From Patescibacteria group bacterium (GTDB taxonomy: Bacteria > Patescibacteriota > Patescibacteriia > PEXW01), in NCBI GenBank assembly GCA_038063455.1, contig JBBTVB010000006.1, positions 39,234 through 103,233 of the forward strand: a DNA stretch of 64,000 nucleotides, written 5' to 3'. Positions 1 to 9,456 of the stretch are shown here, in pieces. A model generated the notes under the pieces. It ran no database searches, was not told the DNA's origin, and worked only from the letters and a program-made list of their open reading frames with translations. Both the position numbers and the translations under genes were made by a program. Each line of letters opens with the position of its first letter. Position 1 is the first letter of the stretch.

Positions 1-1466
1 CATTCTTCTGCCGGGCACGCTCCGTAGCAATCTCCACCTCTTTTTGCAGTTTAACGTTGAAGAGTCGAATCTCTTCGTACAGTCGCGCCTTTTCTAATGC
101 GCTGGCAAGCTGCGGGCCCAGAAGCTGGAGCAAATTCAGGTCGTCGTTGCTGTAGGGGTCGCCAGAGAGTTTGCCGCCCAGCAGCAGGATTGCAGCGATG
201 CGACCTTCGGTGATAACCGGCGACAAGACTGCGGCATTCAATGTATCGAGCTCAGCTTTTGAACGTTCGAGCTCTGACCTATCGTTTGCATTGGTAGTAT
301 CTTCTATACGTCGCTCAAGCGCTTCCAGAACCACAATACGTTTTTCCCGGCTCAGGTAGCGCACCAGTGAACTTGTATGGTCAAGGACGGTTTCTTTAAC
401 ACTGTCAGGCTTTTCTTGAACAAATATAGTGCCACCTTCATCAGGCAAGAGTATGCGCGCGGACTGGATTTTAAGATCACTATCAAGCCGAGCACTCACT
501 TCGGCAAGGAGCTTCTTCAAATCGATTTCTTTGTTGATTATTTCACTTAGCTGCTGGAGGGCTTTGTCGTAGTCTATGGTGGCTTTGAAAAATATTTTAT
601 CTGATATTTTTGCAAAGCTTCTTTTTAAGGGATCTAAAATGAGAACAACAAGTATACTAATAAGTAATATAGAAATATACTGATACACTTTTTCTTGGAC
701 TAATTGAGGAATTACAAATGAACTTCCAACAATCAGCGCGGAAACAATTAGAACCACTAAAGAATATGTGATTGTACGCAATACGATTAATCGTATTTCC
801 ATGAACCTATGTTTTGTTATCGCATAGGCCGTAAAGCCAACAAAAAATAATGTGGAATAACTCCCAAGATTGCTCAAATCAGAATAACCAAGTAAAGGAA
901 GAAGTAGATTTGTTATTATACCAAAAATAATAGATAATACAGTGCCAAAGAAGAGATACTTTATTTGTATCCTCTGAAGACCACTAGTTTTTCTAAAACT
1001 TGAAGCCAGCAAAAAGATGGAAATAAGAATATAAAAAATAAAGTACGCTACAAAAATGTAATAACCCTGGCTAAATATTGGTGCGATTGGGTGAATATTG
1101 ATATCGCCAACACCTGATATAATCTGATTATTAATCGTCAATAACAGAAGTAGTACTGCGGGAATAAATATTAAAAAAAATGTAAACTTTCGAATTCTTC
1201 TTTGAATTGGGAATGTTGCAGTAAATAGCAATAAAAATGTGGGAATGAAAAATGACCATACAAATGTGAGCTTTGTCCACAATAATGCATTTACATTTGT
1301 GCGCGTTTGGTCGACAATGTAATTGCTTACCGTCCAAAGAACAACAGAGACAACAAAACCAAATAAAACGCGGTTAGCTATACTTTTTTTGTTTCTCAAA
1401 AAAACCAAAAGACCAACAAGAAAATTCAAACCAGCTGAAAGAATTAAAACAAACAAATCAAGCATC
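1..1466 (-). CDS. Sensor histidine kinase, N-terminal ~490 aa only (multi-pass membrane sensor domain + GAF; dimerisation/ATPase core lies beyond the left window edge)
   Basis: Minus-strand frame is open from the ATG at 1466-1464 (MLDLFVLILSAGLNFLVGLLVFLRNKK...) to position 1. About 300 aa of hydrophobic helices are followed by a GAF-like segment (...ELDTLNAAVLSPVITEGRIAAILLLGGKLSGDPYSNDDLNLLQLLGPQLASALEKARLYEEI). A coiled-coil HisKA-like start (RLFNVKLQKEVEIATERARQKN) runs to the edge. The architecture resembles PEP-CTERM-system kinase PrsK (TIGR02916), from memory only. Confidence 0.6.
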
Positions 1467-2249
1467 TTAAGCTATATATTTTTTTTCAAATAAGTCTATC
1501 GCAATTACTTCTGGAATCACAGATGACTTCCGTTTACCTAATAAGATGAAAAATGATTCCGCAATCATGATGCTCGAAGCTAGGGTCTGCGCGAGTGCAA
1601 TATTTGGAATCGCAATTTTTTTCATGACCACCTTCTCTATGGTTTCTTGTTGAATGTAACTAGTTCTGATAGGTGCATATTTTTCTGCTGGAACATTTAC
1701 TGCATTTACTTCTTCTCTGTTCATACCATCTTTTAAGCCAAGGAACTCATTAAATGAAAGACCCCTGGGATCAAATATTAATACGGATGCGCCATAGCCA
1801 ATCGCTTGTGGAGCGAGTACAAATTTGTTCTGTTTACGCGCTTCACTAGTAAGAATGTATGAGTAATACAATTCGTTATAATCAATACAATCGTAAATAA
1901 TGTCGGCCTTTGCAACTATTTCAGATACATTCTTTTCTGTAAGACCTTCCGAGTAAACCTTAATACTCGCGGCAGGATTAATATCATTCAAAGTCTCTCC
2001 GACAACTTCTGCTTTATTTCTTCCTATTGTACTTTTAAATGCACAAAACTGGTTATTGATGTTGACATCGTTATATTTATCAAAATCAGCAATAATTAAA
2101 GACTCGATACCAGACCGTGCGAGTATCTGAGAAGAGATGCTACCCATACCACCACAACCTAATACAGCGACCGCCTTTTTACGTAAAGTTTGTTGTTCAG
2201 TTTCAGAAAAAATTCCAATATTGCGGTCAAACATTTCTTCGTAATTCAT
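1467..2249 (-). CDS. ThiF/MoeB/HesA-family E1-like adenylyltransferase
   Basis: 260 aa. Rossmann motif VAVLGCGGMGS and the E1 signature DFDKYNDVNINNQF (D-x-D-x-V-x-x-N-x-N-R/Q) are present. The length is typical of standalone ThiF-like proteins. Confidence 0.8.
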   Translation of the reverse strand: MNYEEMFDRNIGIFSETEQQTLRKKAVAVLGCGGMGSISSQILARSGIESLIIADFDKYNDVNINNQFCAFKSTIGRNKAEVVGETLNDINPAASIKVYSEGLTEKNVSEIVAKADIIYDCIDYNELYYSYILTSEARKQNKFVLAPQAIGYGASVLIFDPRGLSFNEFLGLKDGMNREEVNAVNVPAEKYAPIRTSYIQQETIEKVVMKKIAIPNIALAQTLASSIMIAESFFILLGKRKSSVIPEVIAIDLFEKKYIA

Positions 2250-2255
2250 ATATTT

Positions 2256-2732
2256 CTAATTAAATAGTGTAAGTATAACTTTCAAACCGCCAGAATAAAT
2301 CATAATCCATACAAGAAAGAATAACACATTGTTAGTAAGAACTAAAATAATTCTTTCTTTGGGTGGAAAATCTACCAAAGATATATAAACCGTTGTTGGA
2401 AGCGGACCAATTGTAACAGCTAAAATTAGGGTCGAAATGACCTTCCCATATTTTACGAAACTTTCACGTTTTCTTAATAACTCTTCTTCTTTCCGTTTTA
2501 TCCAACCCTGAGTGAGTACTACGATCTTATTTCCTGAAATTATTTTATTTTGGTAAAGGTACAATATGAAAAAAGAAAGAAGAATAAAAACTATTGAAAA
2601 AATACAAAAGGTGTAGATACTTCCAATGAGTACAATTGAAGATATCAGAAGACCCTCACCAAAGATTACCAACAGTACAGAGCCAATTATTGCAACTAAC
2701 GTCCCTGAAATTTTTACTATGTATCGTATCAT
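2256..2732 (-). CDS. Small integral membrane protein (4 predicted TM), unknown function
   Basis: 158 aa and highly hydrophobic. There is a 4-nt overlap with the upstream acyltransferase gene and a 6-nt gap to the ThiF-like gene, so it is likely co-transcribed. Confidence 0.45.
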   Translation of the reverse strand: MIRYIVKISGTLVAIIGSVLLVIFGEGLLISSIVLIGSIYTFCIFSIVFILLSFFILYLYQNKIISGNKIVVLTQGWIKRKEEELLRKRESFVKYGKVISTLILAVTIGPLPTTVYISLVDFPPKERIILVLTNNVLFFLVWIMIYSGGLKVILTLFN

Positions 2733-3424
2733 GAAATTGAATACCCCTTCTTTTGCTCATCAAATTTAATTGTCGCGTCTTGTAAATACATAAATAGTCG
2801 AGGATTGTTCCTTTGCAAACTTACTTCGAAATCCTTGACACTCAATATACATGGAAAGGTAAGCCCTTGATACAGACTAGGTTGCCCAATTTTTTTAAAT
2901 GGTATACCTATTTTTAGGACTACTGGAAGTAATCGCTCATCCATCACAGAAAATATATTTTTAATATTGTGCTTCTTTACGTACAAAAAAATCCCCTTTA
3001 TTAAAACCAACATTAGATGATGGCGTCTAAATTCTTTAGCTACGATAAGCCTTGAAATTTCAGCTGACTCATTCCTTTGATAATTGTTAACGTTAATGTC
3101 AATATTGAAATGTTTTTCGATCGGAAACCCATTGGGTGAATCAAGTATAAGTCTTACAGTCGCAGCAATTTCCTTCTTTAAATCTCGAATCACAAAATGT
3201 ACCGAAAAAGAATCCCAATTATCTTTTTCACGACCATTTTCTGAAAGATTTTTGTCAATATACTTATACTCCTCAATATAAACTTGATATCTAAGGCGAT
3301 GAAGTTCATCTAACTCATCAGGGTTTTTGGTGGTATAGAATGTAAATTTTTGATAAAAACTTTTATAAAACCACCAGAATTCAATTTCTCTTCGAATTTT
3401 TTTTACCCAGGGGAAAATTATCAT
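2729..3424 (-). CDS. GNAT-fold N-acyltransferase of the N-acyl amino acid synthase / LuxI-like family (Acetyltransf_5, PF13444-like)
   Basis: 231 aa. The segment LHRLRYQVYIEEYKYID...GREKDNWDSFSVHFVIRDLKKEIAATVRLIL matches the conserved RLRyeVF..E.gw....g.E.D.fD...hHlv.....G..RL core of FeeM/exosortase-associated acyltransferases. This is from recall of the family, not a search. Confidence 0.6.
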   Translation of the reverse strand: MIIFPWVKKIRREIEFWWFYKSFYQKFTFYTTKNPDELDELHRLRYQVYIEEYKYIDKNLSENGREKDNWDSFSVHFVIRDLKKEIAATVRLILDSPNGFPIEKHFNIDINVNNYQRNESAEISRLIVAKEFRRHHLMLVLIKGIFLYVKKHNIKNIFSVMDERLLPVVLKIGIPFKKIGQPSLYQGLTFPCILSVKDFEVSLQRNNPRLFMYLQDATIKFDEQKKGYSIS

Positions 3425-3441
3425 TGTTTTCTATACTTTTA

Positions 3442-4854
3442 TTATATTGCTAATTGCTCATCAGCATTATTTCTTAGTTTCAGCATATTTTCTGACAAAA
3501 TCACCCCTAGTAGAACGGGAATAATTTTCACCTGCGCCTCACGTAAAGATAGAAACAAATCGCTGTCTAACCTAACTTTATTACCGCTTAACAGCGCGAA
3601 ACCCAAAATATCCTCGCCTTTCCCAAATGGGGTAACAATATCAATCTTTTTTGCCTTAAGGTACTTGTAGGCAACAGCACACTCTTTACGCTCGTTAGAT
3701 AGCCCCTCCTCGCTACGCAGGGCTAATTCTTCGGTTACCAATATTTGCCCTGTCCGTTTTAAAATCTTAATGAATACCTGGCTATTATTAATCTTCTCAG
3801 TAGATGAGAAAGCTGTAAAGTTTAAGTTTGTCTTATCGACAAAATATACGACAGAACTACTAAAATGATACTCTTCTCTAAAGATTTTCTCTAGGCCCAT
3901 GATAAATTCTTTTACTGAAGTTTTTTGTACTATCTTAGGCAATACTAACATGGATTCAATCCGCCTCTCCTCGTGTGTTCGTAAAAAGTTCTGTGCCTTG
4001 GAAATAACTGTAGGTATGGTAAGTAATGCAAAAATTGCCGAGAGCGCAGATGGCATCAAGACTCTTATAAATGCATCTTTTGTTGCAACAACAGCATGCA
4101 AAACCATAAAGAGGATAGCGTATGCAATGCCAACCAAAATATACAGCGCCAGCGTAGCAACTGATGTGCGAAAAATTAGACGTATGCCCAAAAAGCGATA
4201 CCGCGTAATTGCATAGGCAGCAAGTCCTACAAAAATACAAGAAAATGTTGAGTCTAGAACATTCACCTGCACACTGTTTGCGAGCATGGGAAGAACAAAG
4301 TCAACAAAAATTACAGGGGCTACCGGCAACAGTAATGCAAGGGTAACTAATCCGAATTGTTTTCTTCTCAATCCATTTTCTCGATGCCATGCTTTTGCAA
4401 TATGATAAATTGCCAGAAGAAGCAGACCGGCCACCCAGAAAGCGTAGATAGAAAATAGCGGCCCTAATTCACCATACGAGGCACTTTCTTGCGCTGTCTG
4501 TAAGAAAGACTGCACCATTAAACCTGGTACAAATGTAAACAGCGCAATCAAAAAGGTTACAACGAGTACGCAAAAAATTAAAAATTTGCTTAGCGGCCGT
4601 TGAATCAACGATCTTATCCAAATATAATTGAATCCGGCTACTAAAGAACCTAACGCAAATGTCAACGCGAGAAAGGTAAATGAATTTACTTGGTATAAAC
4701 TTAAAAAACTCGCAAAAGCCCAGGTGCTTATGGTAAACGCTACCAGTGCAAACCACCTCCTATAGGCCACGCCCTTTGCGCGTGTTGCTACAAAAATACC
4801 TAGACTAAGATTGGCTACACTGGAAAGAAGGGCAAAAAATTGGATGATGTTCAT
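3442..4854 (-). CDS. Multi-pass membrane sensor + C-terminal GAF protein (kinase-less paralog of the histidine kinase at 1-1466)
   Basis: 470 aa with about 8 hydrophobic helices. It ends in a GAF-like stretch (KIDIVTPFGKGEDILGFALLSGNKVRLDSDLFLSLREAQVKIIPVLLGVILSENML), and the stop comes right after the GAF with no HisKA/HATPase. Confidence 0.6.
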   Translation of the reverse strand: MNIIQFFALLSSVANLSLGIFVATRAKGVAYRRWFALVAFTISTWAFASFLSLYQVNSFTFLALTFALGSLVAGFNYIWIRSLIQRPLSKFLIFCVLVVTFLIALFTFVPGLMVQSFLQTAQESASYGELGPLFSIYAFWVAGLLLLAIYHIAKAWHRENGLRRKQFGLVTLALLLPVAPVIFVDFVLPMLANSVQVNVLDSTFSCIFVGLAAYAITRYRFLGIRLIFRTSVATLALYILVGIAYAILFMVLHAVVATKDAFIRVLMPSALSAIFALLTIPTVISKAQNFLRTHEERRIESMLVLPKIVQKTSVKEFIMGLEKIFREEYHFSSSVVYFVDKTNLNFTAFSSTEKINNSQVFIKILKRTGQILVTEELALRSEEGLSNERKECAVAYKYLKAKKIDIVTPFGKGEDILGFALLSGNKVRLDSDLFLSLREAQVKIIPVLLGVILSENMLKLRNNADEQLAI

Positions 4855-4855
4855 A

Positions 4856-6292
4856 CTAAGTTGATACCTGCTTCTGTGCTGCTACAATCGCGTTGTAATA
4901 CATAACCGAGGTTTGAATATGCGGAAACAAATCTTTACGGATTTTGCGCGCAAAGGCAACATCTTCTTCGCTATAAATATTACCACCCTTTCTTTTGCCT
5001 AATACAATTGCCCCAAAAAACTGATCGCCCACTCCAAATGGAATAAGCATGCTTATGTTATTTTTCTCTAAAATTCCATAAATCTTTTGCAAAAGAATTG
5101 CTTCTTCATCATTTAACCCTTCCGCTTCCAGAATTATTTCTTCTGCAATACGTACATCCTCAAATTGTCTTAGGCACTGGAAAAAAGGGTCCTGATACGA
5201 AAACACAGATTTATACGCATGACCCGCAAAAGGCTCTAAAAAACCAGTCTTGCGGTTATACCAAATAAAACCCATCTCTTTAACTTGGAACTGCTTTTGT
5301 ATTTGTGGCAATGCTTCGGCCATAAGCTTTTGTAAGGGTAGCTCGGGCTTCCCTTTAAGGATCGGTGCATCAACTTTAGGTGCTTTATACAGGGGCGGAA
5401 AAATAACAGTTGTAAACAAATACTGAATACCTTGGCGCAGAAGAAACGCCAAACCAATCCCAAATATAAAAAGAATGCTAAATGCAGCCTCACTATTCAA
5501 ACTTACAGTTTCAACAAGGTACCTAAATGTTTGAAGTAAAGATATAAGCAATATTCCACCTGCCCCACCGTAAAAAATTGTGTATACAAATGCTCGACCC
5601 ACTGCTTGTCGAAGGTTCAATAATCTATAGCGGAAAATTGCCCGTATACTAAGTAAGCTAAACAACAAGCCTGTGTTTGAAAAAAATATATACGCATCTG
5701 GGCTAATAGGACTCACTATTGATACGTATGCGCTAAGAATTACCAAAAAAACCATTGGTAACAAAAAACCAAGTGCAACATACTCTAGTTGCTTTTTTTT
5801 AATACCTGTCGAAGCTTTGTAATTTTTAAAAATTCCCATACAACCCAATACTACTATGATGCTTATTCCAGAAATGTAAATCGCGTAGTAACTTGGAGTA
5901 AAGCTCAAAAACTCATCTTTATTTGGAAAAAAATCGGTAACAAATGGTAGTACTATTACAACGCCCGTAACAAAAAACTGTAGGAACGAAAAAAAATTTG
6001 ATTTTATGATTTTAACAGGAAAACGCCAGCTAAATTGTGTGAATGAAAAGGCGACGAGTACAGCTGCGATAAGATCGATGGCAGATAAAATTGAATTCAC
6101 CCTTCCACCGGAGACAACTAGTGCGTCGACATTCACGGACAAAAGCCAAAGGAACGAAAATAATATTACAAAAAAATAATACCTGCCTCCAATATTTTTC
6201 CTCCAACCTTTTATGGCTAAATATCCAACAAACACAAAAAGTCCGACGTTAACGGCGGACAGCAGGTAAATTGCCAGGCGGATTGAGTTCAT
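4856..6292 (-). CDS. Multi-pass membrane sensor + C-terminal GAF protein (second kinase-less paralog)
   Basis: 478 aa with the same architecture. The GAF-like C-terminus reads ISMLIPFGVGDQFFGAIVLGKRKGGNIYSEEDVAFARKI. The gene stops 1 nt before the next gene's start at 4854. Confidence 0.6.
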   Translation of the reverse strand: MNSIRLAIYLLSAVNVGLFVFVGYLAIKGWRKNIGGRYYFFVILFSFLWLLSVNVDALVVSGGRVNSILSAIDLIAAVLVAFSFTQFSWRFPVKIIKSNFFSFLQFFVTGVVIVLPFVTDFFPNKDEFLSFTPSYYAIYISGISIIVVLGCMGIFKNYKASTGIKKKQLEYVALGFLLPMVFLVILSAYVSIVSPISPDAYIFFSNTGLLFSLLSIRAIFRYRLLNLRQAVGRAFVYTIFYGGAGGILLISLLQTFRYLVETVSLNSEAAFSILFIFGIGLAFLLRQGIQYLFTTVIFPPLYKAPKVDAPILKGKPELPLQKLMAEALPQIQKQFQVKEMGFIWYNRKTGFLEPFAGHAYKSVFSYQDPFFQCLRQFEDVRIAEEIILEAEGLNDEEAILLQKIYGILEKNNISMLIPFGVGDQFFGAIVLGKRKGGNIYSEEDVAFARKIRKDLFPHIQTSVMYYNAIVAAQKQVST

Positions 6293-6408
6293 AGGCAGCA
6301 GTTCATCAGAAGTGCCCAGATTTTGGGCAGTCCCCTAACTGGGGAATGGTTGACGTTTGCCGCCTACATTATGCAAGATTTTGGGGGAAAGGGCAAATTG
6401 TAAAACGG

Positions 6409-7134
6409 CTATTGTGAGCCTGTACCCCTACTAACCTGAATTCTTGGAATCGATCCAGAAAAAACGACATGAAGGTTGTGGTAGCTCCCTTTTTCACTCC
6501 TCCAAACATTAAAAAAATTAAACTTACTCCAGGTCCAAACCGCCACTGCATGGCCCTTACAGGCACCATTATCCTGATATGAACCTTCAAGTACAATCAA
6601 ATCATCTTGACCATCTGCATCTGCATCGGTAATAGCCAGCGAACAATTAGGGGTGTCCAAATTTGAAGATTGCCAAGCCGGAAAAAGACCAGTTTCAGTT
6701 ACGTTGTAAACAAACAGGTGATTCTTAACGGAGATATCGTTCTCTTCCTCTTTCACCCAAAATGGCCGCGACGCGCCATAGTCACCTGGCTTCCATATAA
6801 CCATAACAAGTTGCTGGCCCAAACCCATAACATTGCCAAAAGCCATTGCAGTTACTTGCCAATCCTTTGGTGAAGACCATTTTTGAATGCCAGACTCACC
6901 AACGGTAAGTAAACCATTACGCAATGTATACGTTTCTTCTTTGCCATTCCCATTCAGGTCAGCTTGCGTCTTACTAGGTGCAGCCGTTCGATTCCCGGGT
7001 CGTACCTCATGGAATTTTTGTTGAGTGTTGTTCCATTGCCAAGCGGTCTCTTTGGGCTGGGTGCTTGATAGAAAGCGAATCATCAACAGAACAACAGCAC
7101 TTACAACTAGTAAAGGCCATTTTTCGCACGGCAT
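6409..7134 (-). CDS. Secreted FG-GAP/VCBS-repeat protein with N-terminal signal anchor
   Basis: 241 aa with an N-terminal hydrophobic segment. Ca-binding FG-GAP-like motifs DLNGNGKEE and ITDADADGQDDLIVLEG are present. Confidence 0.5.
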   Translation of the reverse strand: MPCEKWPLLVVSAVVLLMIRFLSSTQPKETAWQWNNTQQKFHEVRPGNRTAAPSKTQADLNGNGKEETYTLRNGLLTVGESGIQKWSSPKDWQVTAMAFGNVMGLGQQLVMVIWKPGDYGASRPFWVKEEENDISVKNHLFVYNVTETGLFPAWQSSNLDTPNCSLAITDADADGQDDLIVLEGSYQDNGACKGHAVAVWTWSKFNFFNVWRSEKGSYHNLHVVFSGSIPRIQVSRGTGSQ

Positions 7135-7137
7135 CAG

Positions 7138-9390
7138 CTACTGTGCAGAAATACTCTGCAACCACTTATCAACTGCGGGAACGCTAGATTGATTTTCATA
7201 GCGCTTATTAAGAATTTCTCGCCAAGTCGTATCGGTGAGCCGATCTTTGGCCGGATGAATGAACTCATAGTGCGAGTACACTCCACCCTTTGCAAGCCGA
7301 AGCTTGCCTTCTACCGGGACGACGACATAGATTGATAGGATGTCGCCAGTTGCCTCTTGTAATACTGTGCCATTCGGGTCCGTTGCTACATCAGAAACGA
7401 GTGCCGCGGGATTTTGATCCAAGTAGTTTATTTGATCAATTCCAGCCTTTTTCATCTCCTCGCGGTTTGCTTCAAGCCAAAAGTGCTCCAGAGATCCACC
7501 GAACGTACGGATAAACTCATAATCCTCCTTAGATATTTGAGCGCCATTAAGCTCCTTTTCCGCAATACTCTTAAGACGACGGCTGAGCGTTTCTAATCGA
7601 GTTAGATTTTCCGCAAAGGCAGAGCTTATTAAGCCTCGGATTTGCAGCCCCTCCTTTGTGAAAAGCGCCAGTGAAGCAAGTCGCGCAAAAACTTCGGGCT
7701 CGGGTTCCACGTAACCGCGATCATCGAGTTCATCCGGTGGGCCGCCACCTAGCTCAGAGTACGCCTGCTTTGCGTATAAAACCGTATCATGCTTTAGCTC
7801 TGTCCAACTACTTAAGTAAGTATTCAGATTCTTCCATTGCCACGCAGTGGATCGCATGAAGCTTGGGTAGCCGTAATCACGCTCCAGCGTAAGGGGCTGA
7901 AGCGCATACAGCCAACTCCAGTACAAATTCTGCGTCCAATGCTCAACTCTAATTTTGCTGGTGTAGTCTCGCATAACTTGTATCTGCTCTGGGTACAATT
8001 TGTACTCCGTCTCACCCATGTTCGTCAGCAATTCTAGTGCGGCGTCTGAACCCATAGCTGCGGGGATGTCCAAGGCTTTGGGCAGCATGCGTGATTCTGG
8101 CACATTACCCCCGCACTTCATGGACCCACTTTTTGTGCCGACCTCACGACAGATAAGACGTTGAAAAATGGAGGCATCCAAAGTAAACCGCTGGCCCATG
8201 AAGCGAAAACCTTTAATACTTTCTTCCCGATTACTATTCGGATCTACAGAAGGAGCTAAGATCGGAATGGAGTTAATCTGGGGCGGTGCTAGTTTTTTAG
8301 CGTCGCTAACGAACGCTGAAAATACCGCATCATTTCCGGCTACCTTCAAAATATCAAAAGATTTGTAGTGTTTGTTTATTAGGTTAAAAAAATCAATATA
8401 TGTGATGTCGTCGCTCTCGCCAACAAAAAATTTCGTCGGTTCATAAATTGTGTTCCAGAGTTTTGCATTCTTTTCATCTTGCATTGCTAGAGTTATAAGG
8501 ACGGCCGAACGAACTTCTTCCGGATTTTTTACAAGAAAGGTCAACCGACCGTACCACATCATCGTTTTAAAGTAAGTTTTGAGCAGATCCGTTTTATCAT
8601 AGTGACCTCGGGGAACGTATTGCGTAAAATCCTCCATCGTCGAATTCTGATTGCCAAGCTGCATGACTGCTGAATACCCATCTGCTCTCTCATGCGCTGA
8701 TATACTCTCAAGGTCCGCAATAATGGCGGATGTAGGCGCAGTTGAAGGCAGCGCAGCATTTGAATCGAGCAGGCGGGCGGCTACTCCAAAGAAACCAGCA
8801 TTACGGGTGGCCGCATTTTCCCACCCAGTGCCTTTAAGTTGTGTTGCATATTTGTCGGAGGTGGAAAGAAGGTTCGCGGTAAGTTCTTTTAGCGCCGAAT
8901 GTAGATGATCTTCTTCAACTCTCTTTAGAAGGTAGTCGTAGAAAACGTGGTACGTATGGAGCACCGAATCTGTCGTGACAAAACTGGGGGCATACCCATA
9001 ACGATTTCTTTCATAGATTGGATAAAATTCATCTTGCCCAAAACCCTCTGCGATTACAAAGTCATTCTTTTCAACCAAAGCCTTCTGGGCATCAGAAAGC
9101 TCAAATTGTGTTCTATTAGTAACATTTGTTAAGTCTTTCTCGACTTTATATTCTTTTACAAGCGGTTTTACGTTAGTCGATGTTGGCTTGTAGGTAGCGA
9201 AATTTGATGCCTGTGCTTTTGGAATAGAAAGGGGGGCCGGCTTGGTTATGTTCTCATCTGTAGCCTCCGCTGTTACCGAAGAGCCCTCGCGGGCATCCTC
9301 GTGCTTTAAATAGGAACTCAATATAGAGCCGCCGCTTACTAAGATGAGCAGTACGACAGCTAATAGAAAAAATTTCTTACTTAAGTACAT
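7138..9390 (-). CDS. Large secreted / membrane-anchored protein of unknown function (possibly DUF3160-like)
   Basis: 750 aa. An N-terminal signal anchor (FFLLAVVLLILVSGG) is present. The stop is 4 nt before the downstream FG-GAP gene start. The family assignment is from memory only. Confidence 0.45.
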   Translation of the reverse strand: MYLSKKFFLLAVVLLILVSGGSILSSYLKHEDAREGSSVTAEATDENITKPAPLSIPKAQASNFATYKPTSTNVKPLVKEYKVEKDLTNVTNRTQFELSDAQKALVEKNDFVIAEGFGQDEFYPIYERNRYGYAPSFVTTDSVLHTYHVFYDYLLKRVEEDHLHSALKELTANLLSTSDKYATQLKGTGWENAATRNAGFFGVAARLLDSNAALPSTAPTSAIIADLESISAHERADGYSAVMQLGNQNSTMEDFTQYVPRGHYDKTDLLKTYFKTMMWYGRLTFLVKNPEEVRSAVLITLAMQDEKNAKLWNTIYEPTKFFVGESDDITYIDFFNLINKHYKSFDILKVAGNDAVFSAFVSDAKKLAPPQINSIPILAPSVDPNSNREESIKGFRFMGQRFTLDASIFQRLICREVGTKSGSMKCGGNVPESRMLPKALDIPAAMGSDAALELLTNMGETEYKLYPEQIQVMRDYTSKIRVEHWTQNLYWSWLYALQPLTLERDYGYPSFMRSTAWQWKNLNTYLSSWTELKHDTVLYAKQAYSELGGGPPDELDDRGYVEPEPEVFARLASLALFTKEGLQIRGLISSAFAENLTRLETLSRRLKSIAEKELNGAQISKEDYEFIRTFGGSLEHFWLEANREEMKKAGIDQINYLDQNPAALVSDVATDPNGTVLQEATGDILSIYVVVPVEGKLRLAKGGVYSHYEFIHPAKDRLTDTTWREILNKRYENQSSVPAVDKWLQSISAQ

Positions 9391-9456
9391 AAATAATATT
9401 CATACTACGAAATTTGACTTTGGGGATACTGAATATTCCTCCCATTCCAGAGTTCA

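Noticed and set aside
2729-3424. Interpreting ThiF + GNAT as a microcin-C-like (MccB/MccE) peptide-adenylate cluster.
   Set aside because: The GNAT here has the LuxI/FeeM-type (PF13444-like) core rather than the RimL-type MccE C-domain. No short precursor-peptide ORF or MFS exporter is apparent between the genes.
3084-3670. Plus-strand ORFs 3084-3281 and 3350-3670 between and over the GNAT and sensor genes.
   Set aside because: They are antisense to strongly supported minus-strand genes in AT-rich DNA, where random ORFs of about 60-100 aa are expected. The translations are low-complexity.
6369-6596. 75-aa ORF overlapping the 3' end of the FG-GAP gene in another frame, as a possible frameshifted extension or pseudogene signal.
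   Set aside because: The FG-GAP ORF ends in a plausible C-terminus and the overlapping ORF has no features. There is no evidence of a frameshift.
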